A stretch of DNA of 64,000 nt from Escherichia coli (GTDB lineage Bacteria > Pseudomonadota > Gammaproteobacteria > Enterobacterales > Enterobacteriaceae), in NCBI RefSeq assembly GCF_003334385.1, contig NZ_QOWN01000001.1. The stretch is one strand, 5' to 3'. The translations under genes were made by a program, and so were the position numbers. Shown one piece after another: positions 26,404 through 37,426 of this stretch; position 1 is the stretch's first letter; each line of letters opens with the position of its first letter. The notes under the pieces are model-generated. The model was not told the DNA's origin. It ran no database searches and saw only the letters and a list, made by a program, of their open reading frames with translations.

Positions 26404-27193
26404 ATTAAAAGAGCCGCTTGCCACACTTTGGCGTGGTAAAGATGCTTTTGCAGAGGTCAAAAAACTGAACGGCGAGGTCTTTCGTGAACTGGAGACTCGT
26501 CGTACATTACGCTTTGAACTGTCCGGGAAAAGCTATTTTCTTAAATGGCACAAGGGGACGACATTAAAAGAGATTATAAAAAATCTACTCTCATTGCGGA
26601 TGCCCGTTTTGGGCGCAGACAGAGAGTGGCACGCTATTCATCGCCTGAGTGATGTTGGCGTTGATACAATGAAGGGCATTGGGTTTGGCGAAAAAGGGTT
26701 AAATCCATTAACTCGCGCATCATTTATTATTACCGAAGATCTCACTCCCACAATTAGCCTTGAAGATTATTGTGCCGATTGGGCAGTCAACCCGCCTGAT
26801 ATACGTGTTAAGCGTATGCTGATCGCACGTGTAGCAACTATGGTGCGTAAAATGCATACTGCAGGGATAAATCACCGCGACTGTTACATTTGCCACTTTT
26901 TGCTTCATTTGCCATTTACTGGCCGGGAAGATGAATTAAAAATTTCAGTTATCGATCTGCATCGGGCACAGATACGTGTAAAATTACCGCGCCGCTGGCG
27001 CGATAAAGACCTGATTGGTTTATATTTCTCATCAATGAATATTGGCCTGACGCAAAGAGATATCTGGCGATTTATGAAGGTTTATTTTGGGATGCCTTTA
27101 CGCAAAATATTGTCTCTTGAACAGAATTTATTGAACATGGCAAGCGTTAAGGCCGAGCGTATTAAAGAGCGAACACAACGCAAAGGATTATAA
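26396..27193 (+). CDS. waaP: LPS core heptose I kinase
   Basis: 265-aa ORF, kinase-like ([13 protein letters not shown]); overlaps the waaG end by 8 nt. Confidence 0.95.
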   Translation: MVELKEPLATLWRGKDAFAEVKKLNGEVFRELETRRTLRFELSGKSYFLKWHKGTTLKEIIKNLLSLRMPVLGADREWHAIHRLSDVGVDTMKGIGFGEKGLNPLTRASFIITEDLTPTISLEDYCADWAVNPPDIRVKRMLIARVATMVRKMHTAGINHRDCYICHFLLHLPFTGREDELKISVIDLHRAQIRVKLPRRWRDKDLIGLYFSSMNIGLTQRDIWRFMKVYFGMPLRKILSLEQNLLNMASVKAERIKERTQRKGL

Positions 27194-27229
27194 AAATATT
27201 TATTAGTATGTACTGGAACTAACTTTATT

Positions 27230-28165
27230 ATGACTATTTATTTTATAAATTGGGTTGCAGATTATGAATTAAAAATGATTCAGTACCTGAAAAAAAAGTA
27301 CAAGATAAAAAATATAACAACACCAAAAAAATATAACTGGATTAATAAAAAAATATCAAAAATAGGGATGGATAATGCATGGCTGGGGCGATTATTCATC
27401 AAGCATTACCTCAATGATATTAAAAAAGATGACATAATTATCATTAATGACAGTGTTGTTAATAAAGGTATCAATAAACAAATATTAAAAAATATTAACT
27501 GTCATAAAGTTTTGCTTCTAAGAAATACTGTTGGCGAAGATTTTATTCTTGATAACGCGAATTATTTCGATATTATATATGATTTTGAGCATAGATTTAT
27601 AGGGAATGAAAAGATCAAGGCAATAGAACAATTTTTTCCTATAGGAATGGATGAAATTAGAAATTATAGTTTATCTGACAAAAATAACAGCCAGCCAATA
27701 TGTTTTTTCCTTGGTCGTGATAAAGGGCGTCTTCAAATAATTAATGAGTTAGCCGAGAGATTAACAACACTAGGATGTAAGCTAGATTTTAATGTTGTCA
27801 AAGATAAGACATCATCTACGACTTCAAAGTATTTGATTGAAAAACAAATATCTTATGAAGAGAATATTAGAAGAACATTAAATGCTAATATAATTGTTGA
27901 TATAACCAAAGAAAACCAATCTGGCTGGACTCTTCGTATACTTGAGGCACTATTTTTCAATAAAAAATTAATTACTAATAATATAAATGTATTTGGTTCA
28001 GAAATCTATAGTGAATCTCGCTTTTTTATAATAGGTCATGATGATTGGGATAAGTTAGAGTATTTTATTAACTCATCTGTTAAACCAATGGATTATGATA
28101 GTTTATATAAATTCAGTCCAGATAAAATGATGTCAACGATTGTTTCTGATTTTATAGACAAATAA
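27230..28165 (+). CDS. waaS: LPS core modification protein WaaS (K-12 core-type specific)
   Basis: 311-aa [31 protein letters not shown]...; very AT-rich; recognised as K-12 WaaS/RfaS. Confidence 0.9.
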
Positions 28166-28208
28166 AACCGTTAAAACAGTGAGTTTTACTCAATTAATGA
28201 GAGTTTCT

Positions 28209-29288
28209 ATGAAAATAGCGTTTATCGGCGAAGCTGTTTCTGGATTTGGCGGCATGGAAACTGTCATCCGTGATGTTATTACTACCTTCAGGCAACAACA
28301 TATCCAAAGTGAAATGTTTTTCTTTTGTCGTAATGACAAAATGGATAAGGGATGGCTGGAAGGTATTAAATACTCATGTTCATTTTCCAATATTCGTTTA
28401 GGTTTTTTGCGTCGGGCGAAACATATTCATGCTCTAAGTAAATGGCTTCAGGAGTACCAACCAGATATCGTTATTTGTATTGATGTGATCTCCTGCCTGT
28501 TTGCCGCAAAAGCACGTAAAAAATCAGGAATTGATATGCCAGTATTTTCATGGCCACATTTTTCTTTAGATCACAAAAAACATGCTGAATATATCACCTG
28601 TGCCGACTATCATTTAGCAATCAGCTCTGGCATTAAACAGCAAATGATTAATCGAGGTGTAGCAGAATCGACGATAAATGTTATTTTTAATCCCGTCGAA
28701 ACTAAAGACTCAGTCATTCCCGCGCCCGAGGAAGGTGAAACGGCAACGTTTATTTATGTTGGGCGTATGAAATTTGAAGGCCAGAAAAGAGTTAAAGACC
28801 TGCTTGATGGCTTATCACAAGCGAAAGGTAACTGGAAACTCCATGTATTGGGTGATGGCTCCGATTTCGAAAAATGCCAGGCTTATGGTAGAGAATTAAA
28901 TATTGATGATCGAATTGTCTGGTATGGTTGGCAACAATATCCCTGGGAATTGGTCCAGCAAGATATTGAAAAAGTGAGTGCGTTATTGCTCACGTCATCT
29001 TTTGAAGGTTTCCCAATGACCCTACTTGAAGCCTTGTCGTGGGGGATTCCTTGTATCAGTGCCGATTGTGTCTCCGGGCCTGCTGACATTATTCAACCTG
29101 ATGTCAATGGCCATCTGTATCAACCGGGAGATATTGCTGGTTTTGTAACTCTTCTAAATAAATATATAGCAGGTGAAATTCATATCGAACATGAAAAAAT
29201 TCCTGCGTCGATCGATGAATTTTACCAATCGAAGTATTACGATAGATTACATAAGGTAATTATTTCTGCTATTTCCCGGAGGAAATAA
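28209..29288 (+). CDS. waaB: LPS core alpha-1,6-galactosyltransferase (GT4)
   Basis: 369-aa ORF; Met at 28209 gives 359 aa MKIAFIGEAVSGFGGMETVIRDV...; GT4 motif SSFEGFPMTLLEALSWGIPCIS. Confidence 0.93.
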   Translation: MKIAFIGEAVSGFGGMETVIRDVITTFRQQHIQSEMFFFCRNDKMDKGWLEGIKYSCSFSNIRLGFLRRAKHIHALSKWLQEYQPDIVICIDVISCLFAAKARKKSGIDMPVFSWPHFSLDHKKHAEYITCADYHLAISSGIKQQMINRGVAESTINVIFNPVETKDSVIPAPEEGETATFIYVGRMKFEGQKRVKDLLDGLSQAKGNWKLHVLGDGSDFEKCQAYGRELNIDDRIVWYGWQQYPWELVQQDIEKVSALLLTSSFEGFPMTLLEALSWGIPCISADCVSGPADIIQPDVNGHLYQPGDIAGFVTLLNKYIAGEIHIEHEKIPASIDEFYQSKYYDRLHKVIISAISRRK

Positions 29289-30307
29289 TGCAGCAGGTGT
29301 TTTTCCAGGAAACTGAGTTTCTTAATTCAGTTATTGATTATGATCATAAAGTAGAAACAGAAAATCTTTGTCTGGACATCGCTTATGGAACTGACAAAAA
29401 CTTTCTATTTGGTTGCGGAATTTCGATTGCTTCAATATTAAAATATAATGAAGGAAGTCGATTGTGTTTCCATATTTTTACTGATTATTTTGGTGATGAT
29501 GATCGTAAGTATTTTGATGCCCTGGCGTTGCAGTATAAAACCAGAATTAAAATATATCTGATTAATGGTGATCGACTGCGCTCATTGCCTAGCACTAAGA
29601 ATTGGACTCATGCAATATATTTTCGTTTTGTTATTGCAGATTACTTTATTAATAAGGCGCCTAAAGTCCTTTATCTGGATGCAGATATCATTTGTCAGGG
29701 GACTATTGAGCCACTAATTAATTTCTCATTTCCTGACGATAAAGTCGCAATGGTTGTTACAGAAGGGCAAGCTGACTGGTGGGAAAAACGCGCCCATTCG
29801 TTAGGTGTTGCGGGAATTGCTAAAGGTTACTTTAACTCCGGTTTTTTATTGATTAATACTGCCCAATGGGCGGCTCAGCAGGTTTCTGCACGAGCTATTG
29901 CAATGCTAAATGAGCCAGAAATAATCAAAAAAATAACACATCCTGATCAGGATGTGTTAAATATGTTGCTGGCGGATAAACTTATTTTCGCTGATATTAA
30001 ATATAACACCCAGTTCAGCTTAAATTATCAACTCAAAGAAAGCTTTATAAACCCAGTAACCAACGATACTATTTTTATCCATTATATCGGGCCAACCAAG
30101 CCCTGGCATGATTGGGCCTGGGATTATCCTGTATCACAAGCCTTTATGGAGGCAAAAAATGCTTCGCCATGGAAGAATACGGCGTTGCTGAAACCGAACA
30201 ATAGCAATCAATTAAGATATAGCGCAAAACATATGCTTAAAAAGCATAGATATCTAAAAGGATTTAGCAACTATCTTTTTTATTTTATTGAAAAGATAAA
30301 GCATTAA
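29288..30307 (+). CDS. waaO: LPS core alpha-1,3-glucosyltransferase (GT8)
   Basis: 339-aa ORF; GT8 motifs LDADIIC and HYIGPTKPW; start overlaps the waaB stop by 1 nt. Confidence 0.93.
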   Translation: MQQVFFQETEFLNSVIDYDHKVETENLCLDIAYGTDKNFLFGCGISIASILKYNEGSRLCFHIFTDYFGDDDRKYFDALALQYKTRIKIYLINGDRLRSLPSTKNWTHAIYFRFVIADYFINKAPKVLYLDADIICQGTIEPLINFSFPDDKVAMVVTEGQADWWEKRAHSLGVAGIAKGYFNSGFLLINTAQWAAQQVSARAIAMLNEPEIIKKITHPDQDVLNMLLADKLIFADIKYNTQFSLNYQLKESFINPVTNDTIFIHYIGPTKPWHDWAWDYPVSQAFMEAKNASPWKNTALLKPNNSNQLRYSAKHMLKKHRYLKGFSNYLFYFIEKIKH

Positions 30308-30346
30308 AACTGGGAAACTATAAAGTAATGATATAAGGGTAGCATT

Positions 30347-31363
30347 GTGGACTCATTTCCTGCCATAGAGATAGATAAAGTTAAAGCCTGGGATTTTCGG
30401 CTAGCTAATATAAATACTTCTGAATGTTTAAATGTTGCCTATGGTGTCGATGCTAATTATCTTGATGGTGTAGGTGTTTCCATCACATCAATTGTCCTAA
30501 ATAATCGACATATTAATCTTGATTTTTATATTATTGCTGATGTTTATAATGATGGTTTTTTTCAAAAAATTGCAAAGCTTGCAGAGCAAAACCAATTAAG
30601 AATCACGTTATATAGAATTAACACTGATAAGCTCCAGTGCTTGCCTTGTACACAGGTCTGGTCAAGAGCAATGTACTTCCGTTTATTTGCATTTCAATTA
30701 TTGGGTTTAACGCTTGATCGTTTGCTTTATCTTGATGCAGATGTTGTTTGTAAAGGCGATATTAGCCAACTATTACATCTGGGTTTAAATGGAGCGGTTG
30801 CTGCTGTTGTTAAAGATGTTGAGCCAATGCAAGAAAAGGCGGTATCCAGGTTGTCTGATCCTGAATTACTTGGGCAGTACTTTAATTCCGGTGTCGTTTA
30901 TTTAGACTTAAAAAAATGGGCTGACGCAAAACTAACAGAAAAAGCGTTGTCTATTCTTATGAGTAAAGATAATGTTTATAAATACCCTGATCAGGATGTT
31001 ATGAATGTCTTACTGAAAGGGATGACATTATTTTTGCCTCGTGAGTACAATACAATTTATACAATTAAAAGTGAATTAAAAGACAAAACACATCAAAACT
31101 ATAAAAAGCTGATTACAGAAAGTACTCTTCTTATTCATTATACAGGTGCAACTAAACCGTGGCACAAATGGGCAATTTATCCATCGGTAAAATACTATAA
31201 AATAGCTTTAGAAAATTCCCCCTGGAAAGATGACTCTCCACGAGATGCGAAATCAATTATTGAATTTAAAAAAAGATATAAACATCTTTTAGTGCAACAT
31301 CATTATATCTCAGGAATTATAGCAGGAGTCTGTTATCTTTGCCGAAAATATTACCGTAAATAA
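30347..31363 (+). CDS. waaJ: LPS core alpha-1,2-glucosyltransferase (GT8; WaaJ, also called WaaR)
   Basis: 338-aa ORF with GTG start; GT8 paralog of WaaO (LDADVVC, HYTGATKPW). Confidence 0.93.
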   Translation: MDSFPAIEIDKVKAWDFRLANINTSECLNVAYGVDANYLDGVGVSITSIVLNNRHINLDFYIIADVYNDGFFQKIAKLAEQNQLRITLYRINTDKLQCLPCTQVWSRAMYFRLFAFQLLGLTLDRLLYLDADVVCKGDISQLLHLGLNGAVAAVVKDVEPMQEKAVSRLSDPELLGQYFNSGVVYLDLKKWADAKLTEKALSILMSKDNVYKYPDQDVMNVLLKGMTLFLPREYNTIYTIKSELKDKTHQNYKKLITESTLLIHYTGATKPWHKWAIYPSVKYYKIALENSPWKDDSPRDAKSIIEFKKRYKHLLVQHHYISGIIAGVCYLCRKYYRK

Positions 31364-31380
31364 CATTTAACTGGTTTATT

Positions 31381-32079
31381 ATGATTCAGAAGAGCAAGAT
31401 CAAAGACTTGGTTGTTTTTACCGATGAAAACAATTCAAAGTACCTCAATGTATTAAATGACTTCTTGTCTTATAATATAAATATCATCAAGGTTTTTCGT
31501 TCTATTGATGATACAAAAGTTATGCTTATTGATACCGATTACGGTAAATTGATTCTTAAGGTTTTTTCTCCGAAAGTTAAGCGTAACGAACGTTTCTTTA
31601 AGTCTCTGTTAAAAGGTGATTATTACGAACGCCTTTTTGAGCAAACCCAAAAAGTACGAAATGAAGGGTTAAATACACTCAATGACTTTTATTTATTGGC
31701 TGAACGGAAAACCTTACGTTTTGTCCATACTTATATCATGATCATCGAGTATATTGATGGCATAGAGTTGTGTGATATGCCCGATATTGATGATGCGCTA
31801 AAAAATAAAATTCAGCAATCAATTAATGCCTTACATCAACATGGCATGGTTTCTGGCGACCCCCATCGTGGTAACTTCATTATAAAAAATGGTGAGGTTC
31901 GAATTATCGATCTCTCCGGAAAGCGTGCTTCAGCGCAGCGTAAAGCGAAAGATCGTATTGACTTAGAGCGTCATTACGGTATTAAAAATGAGATTAGAGA
32001 TCTAGGCTATTATCTTTTAGTATATCGTAAAAAAATGCGCAATTTTATGCGGCGTTTGAAAGGGAAACCAGCGCGCTAA
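31381..32079 (+). CDS. waaY: LPS core heptose II kinase
   Basis: 232-aa ORF, kinase-like (HGMVSGDPHRGNFII). Confidence 0.92.
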   Translation: MIQKSKIKDLVVFTDENNSKYLNVLNDFLSYNINIIKVFRSIDDTKVMLIDTDYGKLILKVFSPKVKRNERFFKSLLKGDYYERLFEQTQKVRNEGLNTLNDFYLLAERKTLRFVHTYIMIIEYIDGIELCDMPDIDDALKNKIQQSINALHQHGMVSGDPHRGNFIIKNGEVRIIDLSGKRASAQRKAKDRIDLERHYGIKNEIRDLGYYLLVYRKKMRNFMRRLKGKPAR

Positions 32080-32149
32080 AAAAAATCCCACAATTACATG
32101 TCTTCACCAGGACAGTTTTAAGCGGAGTTATTTATTTCACAGGTTTATC

Positions 32150-33001
32150 ATGAAGAATATTAGATACATTGACAAAAAAGATGTTGAAAACCTGATTGAA
32201 AATAAAACATCTGATGATGTTATTATTTTTCTTTCGGGCCCTACATCGCAAAAAACACCTTTGTCAGTATTACGAACAAAGGATATTATTGCTGTCAATG
32301 GTTCTGCGCAATATCTGTTAAGTAATAATATCGTTCCTTTTATATATGTACTTACAGATGTCCGATTTTTACATCAGCGTCGTGATGATTTTTATAAATT
32401 TAGCCAGAGAAGTCGTTATACCATAGTAAACGTTGACGTTTATGAACACGCTTCCAAAGAAGATAAACTTTATATCCTCCAGAACTGCCTCGTATTACGG
32501 TCCTTTTACCGTCGGGAAAAAGGTGGTTTTATAAAGAAGATTAAATTTAATATTTTGAGACAGATTCACAAAGAACTGCTGATCTCTGTACCGTTGTCTA
32601 AAAAAGGTCGTCTGGTTGGATTTTGCAAGGACATTAGTCTTGGTTATTGCTCATGCCATACTATTGCCTTTGCTGCAATTCAAATCGCATATTCACTTAA
32701 GTATGCGCGGATTATTTGTTCTGGTCTTGATTTAACGGGTAGCTGTTCTCGTTTCTATGATGAGAATAAAAATCCCATGCCCTCGGAATTAAGTAGGGAT
32801 TTATTCAAAATATTGCCATTTTTTCGTTTTATGCATGATAATGTAAAAGATATTAATATTTATAATTTATCAGATGATACAGCTATTTCTTACGATGTAA
32901 TTCCATTTATTAAACTTCAAGACATCAGTGCAGAAGAATCAAAAGATATGACAAGGAAAAAAATGCAATATAGAACTTCAACCGATTCTTATGCTAATTA
33001 A
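32150..33001 (+). CDS. waaZ: LPS core biosynthesis protein WaaZ (Kdo III-associated)
   Basis: 283-aa ORF MKNIRYIDKKDVENLIENKTSDDVIIFLSGPTSQK... recognised as K-12 WaaZ/RfaZ. Confidence 0.9.
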   Translation: MKNIRYIDKKDVENLIENKTSDDVIIFLSGPTSQKTPLSVLRTKDIIAVNGSAQYLLSNNIVPFIYVLTDVRFLHQRRDDFYKFSQRSRYTIVNVDVYEHASKEDKLYILQNCLVLRSFYRREKGGFIKKIKFNILRQIHKELLISVPLSKKGRLVGFCKDISLGYCSCHTIAFAAIQIAYSLKYARIICSGLDLTGSCSRFYDENKNPMPSELSRDLFKILPFFRFMHDNVKDINIYNLSDDTAISYDVIPFIKLQDISAEESKDMTRKKMQYRTSTDSYAN

Positions 33002-33033
33002 TCATCCTGAAACTAAAATAATATGGTATAAAA

Positions 33034-34107
33034 ATGCGCTTAGGAACTTTTCACAAAAAGAAAAGATTTTATATAAACAAAATCAAGATTAATTTCCTTT
33101 CTTTTTTATTTCGTAATAAAATAAATAATCAAATTACAGATCCAGCACAAGTTAAATCATGCCTTATTATTCATGATAATAATAAACTTGGTGATCTAAT
33201 TGTATTAAGTTCGATTTATCGTGAACTTTATAGTAAAGGGGTTAAAATAACTCTTCTCACAAATAGAAAGGGTGGGGAATTTCTCTCTAATAATAAAAAT
33301 ATATTTGAGTTCTGTATTAAAGAATCAACCGGTTTTCTTGAAATGCTTACTCTATGTAAGCATCTGCGGGATTTACAGTTCGATATTGTATTAGACCCCT
33401 TTGAAACTATGCCCTCATTTAAGCATAGCTTAATATTATCAAGTTTAAAAGATTCTTACATTCTGGGTTTTGATCATTGGTATAAGCGTTACTATTCATT
33501 TTACCATCCCCACGATGAATGTTTAAAAGAACATATGAGTACACGAGCAATAGAAATACTGAAGCATATTTATGGTGAGGGTAAATTTTCCACCAACTAC
33601 GACTTGCATTTACCAGTAGATGTTGAAGATAAAATAAAAGAATTTATTGGAGATACAAGAATAGTCATTATTAATCCATTAGGTGCAAAAAAAATATGCC
33701 GTCTTACGTTTGAGCAAATAAAAGTTATATATCAAGAAGTGAAAACACACTTTGAAAATTATCGGATTATATTTACCGGGTTACCGCAAGATTTATTGAC
33801 AATACCAATACTTGAAATCGAAACACTACCATTTGATGAGTTTATTTATACCGTTGCGTTGACCAAGTATAGTGATTTTGTCATTTCTGTTGATACAGCT
33901 CTTGTTCATATCGCTGCGGCTTATCATAAACCAACGCTTGCATTTTACCCTAATTCACGTACTCCGGAATATCCCTCGCATTTAATTTGGTCCCCGAATC
34001 ATCATAAATCTATACAAATAGTATCCCCAACATATACGGTAAAAGATATCGATACTGAAACTTTAACTAATTCAGTAAAGAGATTAAGTTGTATAGATAA
34101 GAAGTGA
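33034..34107 (+). CDS. waaU: LPS core heptosyltransferase IV (GT9; WaaU/RfaK)
   Basis: 357-aa ORF; GT9-like (CLIIHDNNKLGDLIVLSS, SVDTALVHIAAA). Confidence 0.9.
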   Translation: MRLGTFHKKKRFYINKIKINFLSFLFRNKINNQITDPAQVKSCLIIHDNNKLGDLIVLSSIYRELYSKGVKITLLTNRKGGEFLSNNKNIFEFCIKESTGFLEMLTLCKHLRDLQFDIVLDPFETMPSFKHSLILSSLKDSYILGFDHWYKRYYSFYHPHDECLKEHMSTRAIEILKHIYGEGKFSTNYDLHLPVDVEDKIKEFIGDTRIVIINPLGAKKICRLTFEQIKVIYQEVKTHFENYRIIFTGLPQDLLTIPILEIETLPFDEFIYTVALTKYSDFVISVDTALVHIAAAYHKPTLAFYPNSRTPEYPSHLIWSPNHHKSIQIVSPTYTVKDIDTETLTNSVKRLSCIDKK

Positions 34108-34124
34108 GTTTTAACTCACTTCTT
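34099..34124. terminator. palindromic stem-loop at the convergent waaU / waaL junction
   Basis: AAGAAGTGAGTT/AACTCACTTCTT, 12-nt perfect inverted repeat covering the waaU stop codon. Confidence 0.6.
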
Positions 34125-34138
34125 AAACTTGTTTATTC

Positions 34139-35398
34139 TTAATTAATTGTATTGTTACGATTATTAATGACGAGTAAGAGGACTATAGCGGATATAATGA
34201 TAATTGGAATGCTGCGTGCCCATATGATCACATCACTGAGTCCAATCCCCACAATGCCAAGCGTTAATATCAACAAACCCAAAGCTCGTTTTTTATATGC
34301 TATATAAAATAGTGAAAAATAGAGGAAAAGTGTGGAAAAAATTCCCATCAGACCTTTCAGTGACCCTGCTTCAATTATCTCATTATGTAGATGTACGTTA
34401 GAAAACTCCAATGCCCCTCTTAGCCTATTGTGTTCTGCAACTAACAAATTCATACTTTCAGCGCGTGACTCTGCTGATCTAAATGAAAAAGGTGACTTTA
34501 TGAATATATTTAAACCAATTTCGTACATTGCCAGTCTTGCACCTAGGGAAGTAACACTATTAGCATTGGTATAACTGTTTAAGTCATTTAATGCTTCATT
34601 ATAGCGATTCTGTATTGGTTTATTAAATATAATAACAATGCTAGCTAATATAGCAATTAGTAGAACAATAGAGGAAGTGAATTTCTTGGGTGATTTATTA
34701 TAATAAGCTATTAATGCAGCAACACAAATTATAGGGAACAGGAGTAGGGTTGCTCTGGTTTGTGTTAGCGCCAGAACATAAAGTACCGCGCAACTATTTA
34801 ATAAAAATAAAAAAGGATGATTTTTCTTAGTATAAAGAATCGCAACGCCACTAACTATCCCTATTAGCATTGTTGAATATGCTGCTCCTGTTGCCGTTCC
34901 TACACCAAAAGAAATGCGGTCATTTTCATGAATGCTATTAATATACATTGCATATCCAGCAATTAGAAATGACAGAGAATACAAAGTGTATAATACACTC
35001 TCTTTTTTTGATTTTAGCTGGCTAGTTAGTGTCAAGAAAACAATAAAAGAACCAAATATAAATATTTTGGCAGTATTTAAATAACTATGGTAAGTAGCAC
35101 GAAATGGCGAATTATCTACTTTAAACGCAGAATACCAAATTAAATCAAGCAAGCCTATTAAAAATATAGAAAGGGGAAGAATAAGGTTTTTTATATTATA
35201 ATTTTCTTGTCTGCCACGTAAAATTAGTGACAATAAGCAAACTATAGCAGTGATATTATATATTTTTATGCTGAAAGTATTATCGACGAATGCAATTATC
35301 ATTGAAAAAAAACATAATATATAAGTTATTATCTCTAAAATCATTGATGATTTCAGAGTGTAAGGTTTCAATGAATGAAGTTTAAAGGATGTTAGCAT
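34139..35398 (-). CDS. waaL: O-antigen ligase
   Basis: 419-aa polytopic ORF MLTSFKLHSLKPYTLKSSMILEIITYILCFF...; very AT-rich; recognised as K-12 WaaL. Confidence 0.93.
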   Translation of the reverse strand: MLTSFKLHSLKPYTLKSSMILEIITYILCFFSMIIAFVDNTFSIKIYNITAIVCLLSLILRGRQENYNIKNLILPLSIFLIGLLDLIWYSAFKVDNSPFRATYHSYLNTAKIFIFGSFIVFLTLTSQLKSKKESVLYTLYSLSFLIAGYAMYINSIHENDRISFGVGTATGAAYSTMLIGIVSGVAILYTKKNHPFLFLLNSCAVLYVLALTQTRATLLLFPIICVAALIAYYNKSPKKFTSSIVLLIAILASIVIIFNKPIQNRYNEALNDLNSYTNANSVTSLGARLAMYEIGLNIFIKSPFSFRSAESRAESMNLLVAEHNRLRGALEFSNVHLHNEIIEAGSLKGLMGIFSTLFLYFSLFYIAYKKRALGLLILTLGIVGIGLSDVIIWARSIPIIIISAIVLLLVINNRNNTIN

Positions 35399-35407
35399 GT
35401 TTTACCT

Positions 35408-36367
35408 TTATAATGATGATAACTTTTCCAAAACTGCTTGACTGTTGAGGTTAATTAAATTTTCTCTTGGAGCCCTACATACCATCTGATTCTTCCCATA
35501 CCCACCAATTAATCCCGGATCGGTTGGTCCATAAACCGTGATATTGGGTCTATCCAGTGCCGCCGTTAAATGGCTTAACCCCGTATCCACCGACACTACA
35601 AATTTAGCCCCGGCCAGCACGCGGGCAACGCCTTCCAGACTCATCTTCGGCAATACTTCAACATAAGCAAATCCTTCCGCCAGTCGTTTCGCCCGTTCTT
35701 CCTCATGCGGCGCGCCCCACGGAAGTTTAATCCGTATTCCTGAATCAGCCAGTAAACCAATCAATTCTCGCCAGTGTTCTTCCGGCCAGTGTTTATCATC
35801 ACGGGTCGTCGCATGAAGAAATACGGCATATTCGCCAGCATCTGTAGGCAGGTTCGTCAGAAAATGCTGTGCGATAGCATAATCGCCCTGGGTTTGCGGT
35901 TTGCTATAGCCCAAACTTTTGGCAAACAGTTCGCGGGTGCGTTCTACGGCGTGCTGCTGTTTTGCAATATGATGCTTACGATTGTAAAACAGGCTGGCTA
36001 AAGGTTCGCGAGCGGTTTGCCAGTCCATGCCATGCTTTACGCCATGCGCCAGACGCGTCACCAGCGCCGCGCTTTTTACCAGCCCCTGAGCGTCGATAAC
36101 TGCGTCATAGTTCTCTGCTTGTAGCGCTTCACGAAACGCTTTGCGTTCCGCTTTTATGGGGGCCGAGAACCAGGCTTTACGCCAGCGACGTATTGCCACA
36201 GGAATAACTCGCTCAACGGCAGCGTGCCAGGAAGGAATCTGTGCGAACCCTTCTTCCACCACCCAGTCAAACTTAATCCCTGGGATTGCCTGCTGGGCAT
36301 CAGTGAGTGCGGGCAACGTATGGAGAACATCGCCCATCGACGATGTTTTAACGATCAAAACCCGCAT
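35408..36367 (-). CDS. waaC: LPS heptosyltransferase I (GT9)
   Basis: 319-aa ORF MRVLIVKTSSMGDVLHTLPALTDA... Confidence 0.96.
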   Translation of the reverse strand: MRVLIVKTSSMGDVLHTLPALTDAQQAIPGIKFDWVVEEGFAQIPSWHAAVERVIPVAIRRWRKAWFSAPIKAERKAFREALQAENYDAVIDAQGLVKSAALVTRLAHGVKHGMDWQTAREPLASLFYNRKHHIAKQQHAVERTRELFAKSLGYSKPQTQGDYAIAQHFLTNLPTDAGEYAVFLHATTRDDKHWPEEHWRELIGLLADSGIRIKLPWGAPHEEERAKRLAEGFAYVEVLPKMSLEGVARVLAGAKFVVSVDTGLSHLTAALDRPNITVYGPTDPGLIGGYGKNQMVCRAPRENLINLNSQAVLEKLSSL

Positions 36368-36370
36368 CCG

Positions 36371-37417
36371 TCAGGCTTCCTCTTGTAACAATAGCGCGTT
36401 GAGTTCTTCCAGTACGCGCTGGGGAGTAATGTTGATTAAGCTCTGGTGATAACCCTCCGCAGCGTCACCTTTACGCACTTTGTGATAGCCGGTAATCAAA
36501 CGGATCACGCGCGCTTTATGGGATAGCGGCGGTGTGAAGTCCGGGCTACTCGGACCATACAGGGCAACCAGCGGACGATTGAGCGCCGCCGCAACATGCA
36601 TCAGGCCAGAATCGTTAGTGACAATGGCTTTACAGGCTGCAATCAGGATAACCGCTTGATCAAGCTGTGTTTCCCCCGCCAGGTTCCGACACCATGCCTG
36701 CTGCTCGGTATTCAAAGCGGCAAGAATCTCATTGCCCGCTTCATGATCTTTCGCCGAGCCAAACAGAACCACCTGATAACCTTCATCAATCAGCTGCTTT
36801 GCCAGCTCCGCATAGTGGTAGTGTGGCCAGCGTTTTGCCGGACCAAACTCCGCACCCGGGCAAAAACCAATCATCGGACGTTCTGATGAAAGCGAAAATT
36901 GATTACAGGTATATGATTTTTCACCTTCGCTCACCTGCAACTGCGGCCATAACAATGGCTGCGGCAGATCTTGTGCTGTGCGCATAATGCCTTTGTCATA
37001 GGCCAGCGCTATATAGCGTTCCACCATTAGCGGCCAGGCTTCTTTATCGAGCACGCGTACATCGTTGAGTAAACCGTAGCGCATCTCGCCGCGCCAGCCG
37101 GTGCGATGAGGAATACCCGCGAAGAAAGGCACTAATGCAGATTTGAAGGAGTTGGGTAAGACGTAGGCGCGGTCGTAGCGCTTTTCACGCAGGCTATGAC
37201 CCAGTTTGCGGCGTTCGCCGATTTCCAGCGCTCCGTGACCGAGAGGCATAGGAATAGCTTCGTTAACTTCCGGCATCCGCGATAATAATGGACGGCACCA
37301 TGCCGGTGCCATCACATCGATTATCGCCTGGGGATAGCGCGCCTGGAGCGTGCGATAGAGACTTTGCGACATCATCATGTCGCCAACCCAAGACGGGCCG
37401 ATCACCAGTATTTTCAT
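36371..37417 (-). CDS. waaF: LPS heptosyltransferase II (GT9)
   Basis: 348-aa ORF MKILVIGPSWVGDMMMSQSLYRTL... Confidence 0.96.
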   Translation of the reverse strand: MKILVIGPSWVGDMMMSQSLYRTLQARYPQAIIDVMAPAWCRPLLSRMPEVNEAIPMPLGHGALEIGERRKLGHSLREKRYDRAYVLPNSFKSALVPFFAGIPHRTGWRGEMRYGLLNDVRVLDKEAWPLMVERYIALAYDKGIMRTAQDLPQPLLWPQLQVSEGEKSYTCNQFSLSSERPMIGFCPGAEFGPAKRWPHYHYAELAKQLIDEGYQVVLFGSAKDHEAGNEILAALNTEQQAWCRNLAGETQLDQAVILIAACKAIVTNDSGLMHVAAALNRPLVALYGPSSPDFTPPLSHKARVIRLITGYHKVRKGDAAEGYHQSLINITPQRVLEELNALLLQEEA

Positions 37418-37426
37418 GCAGAGCTC

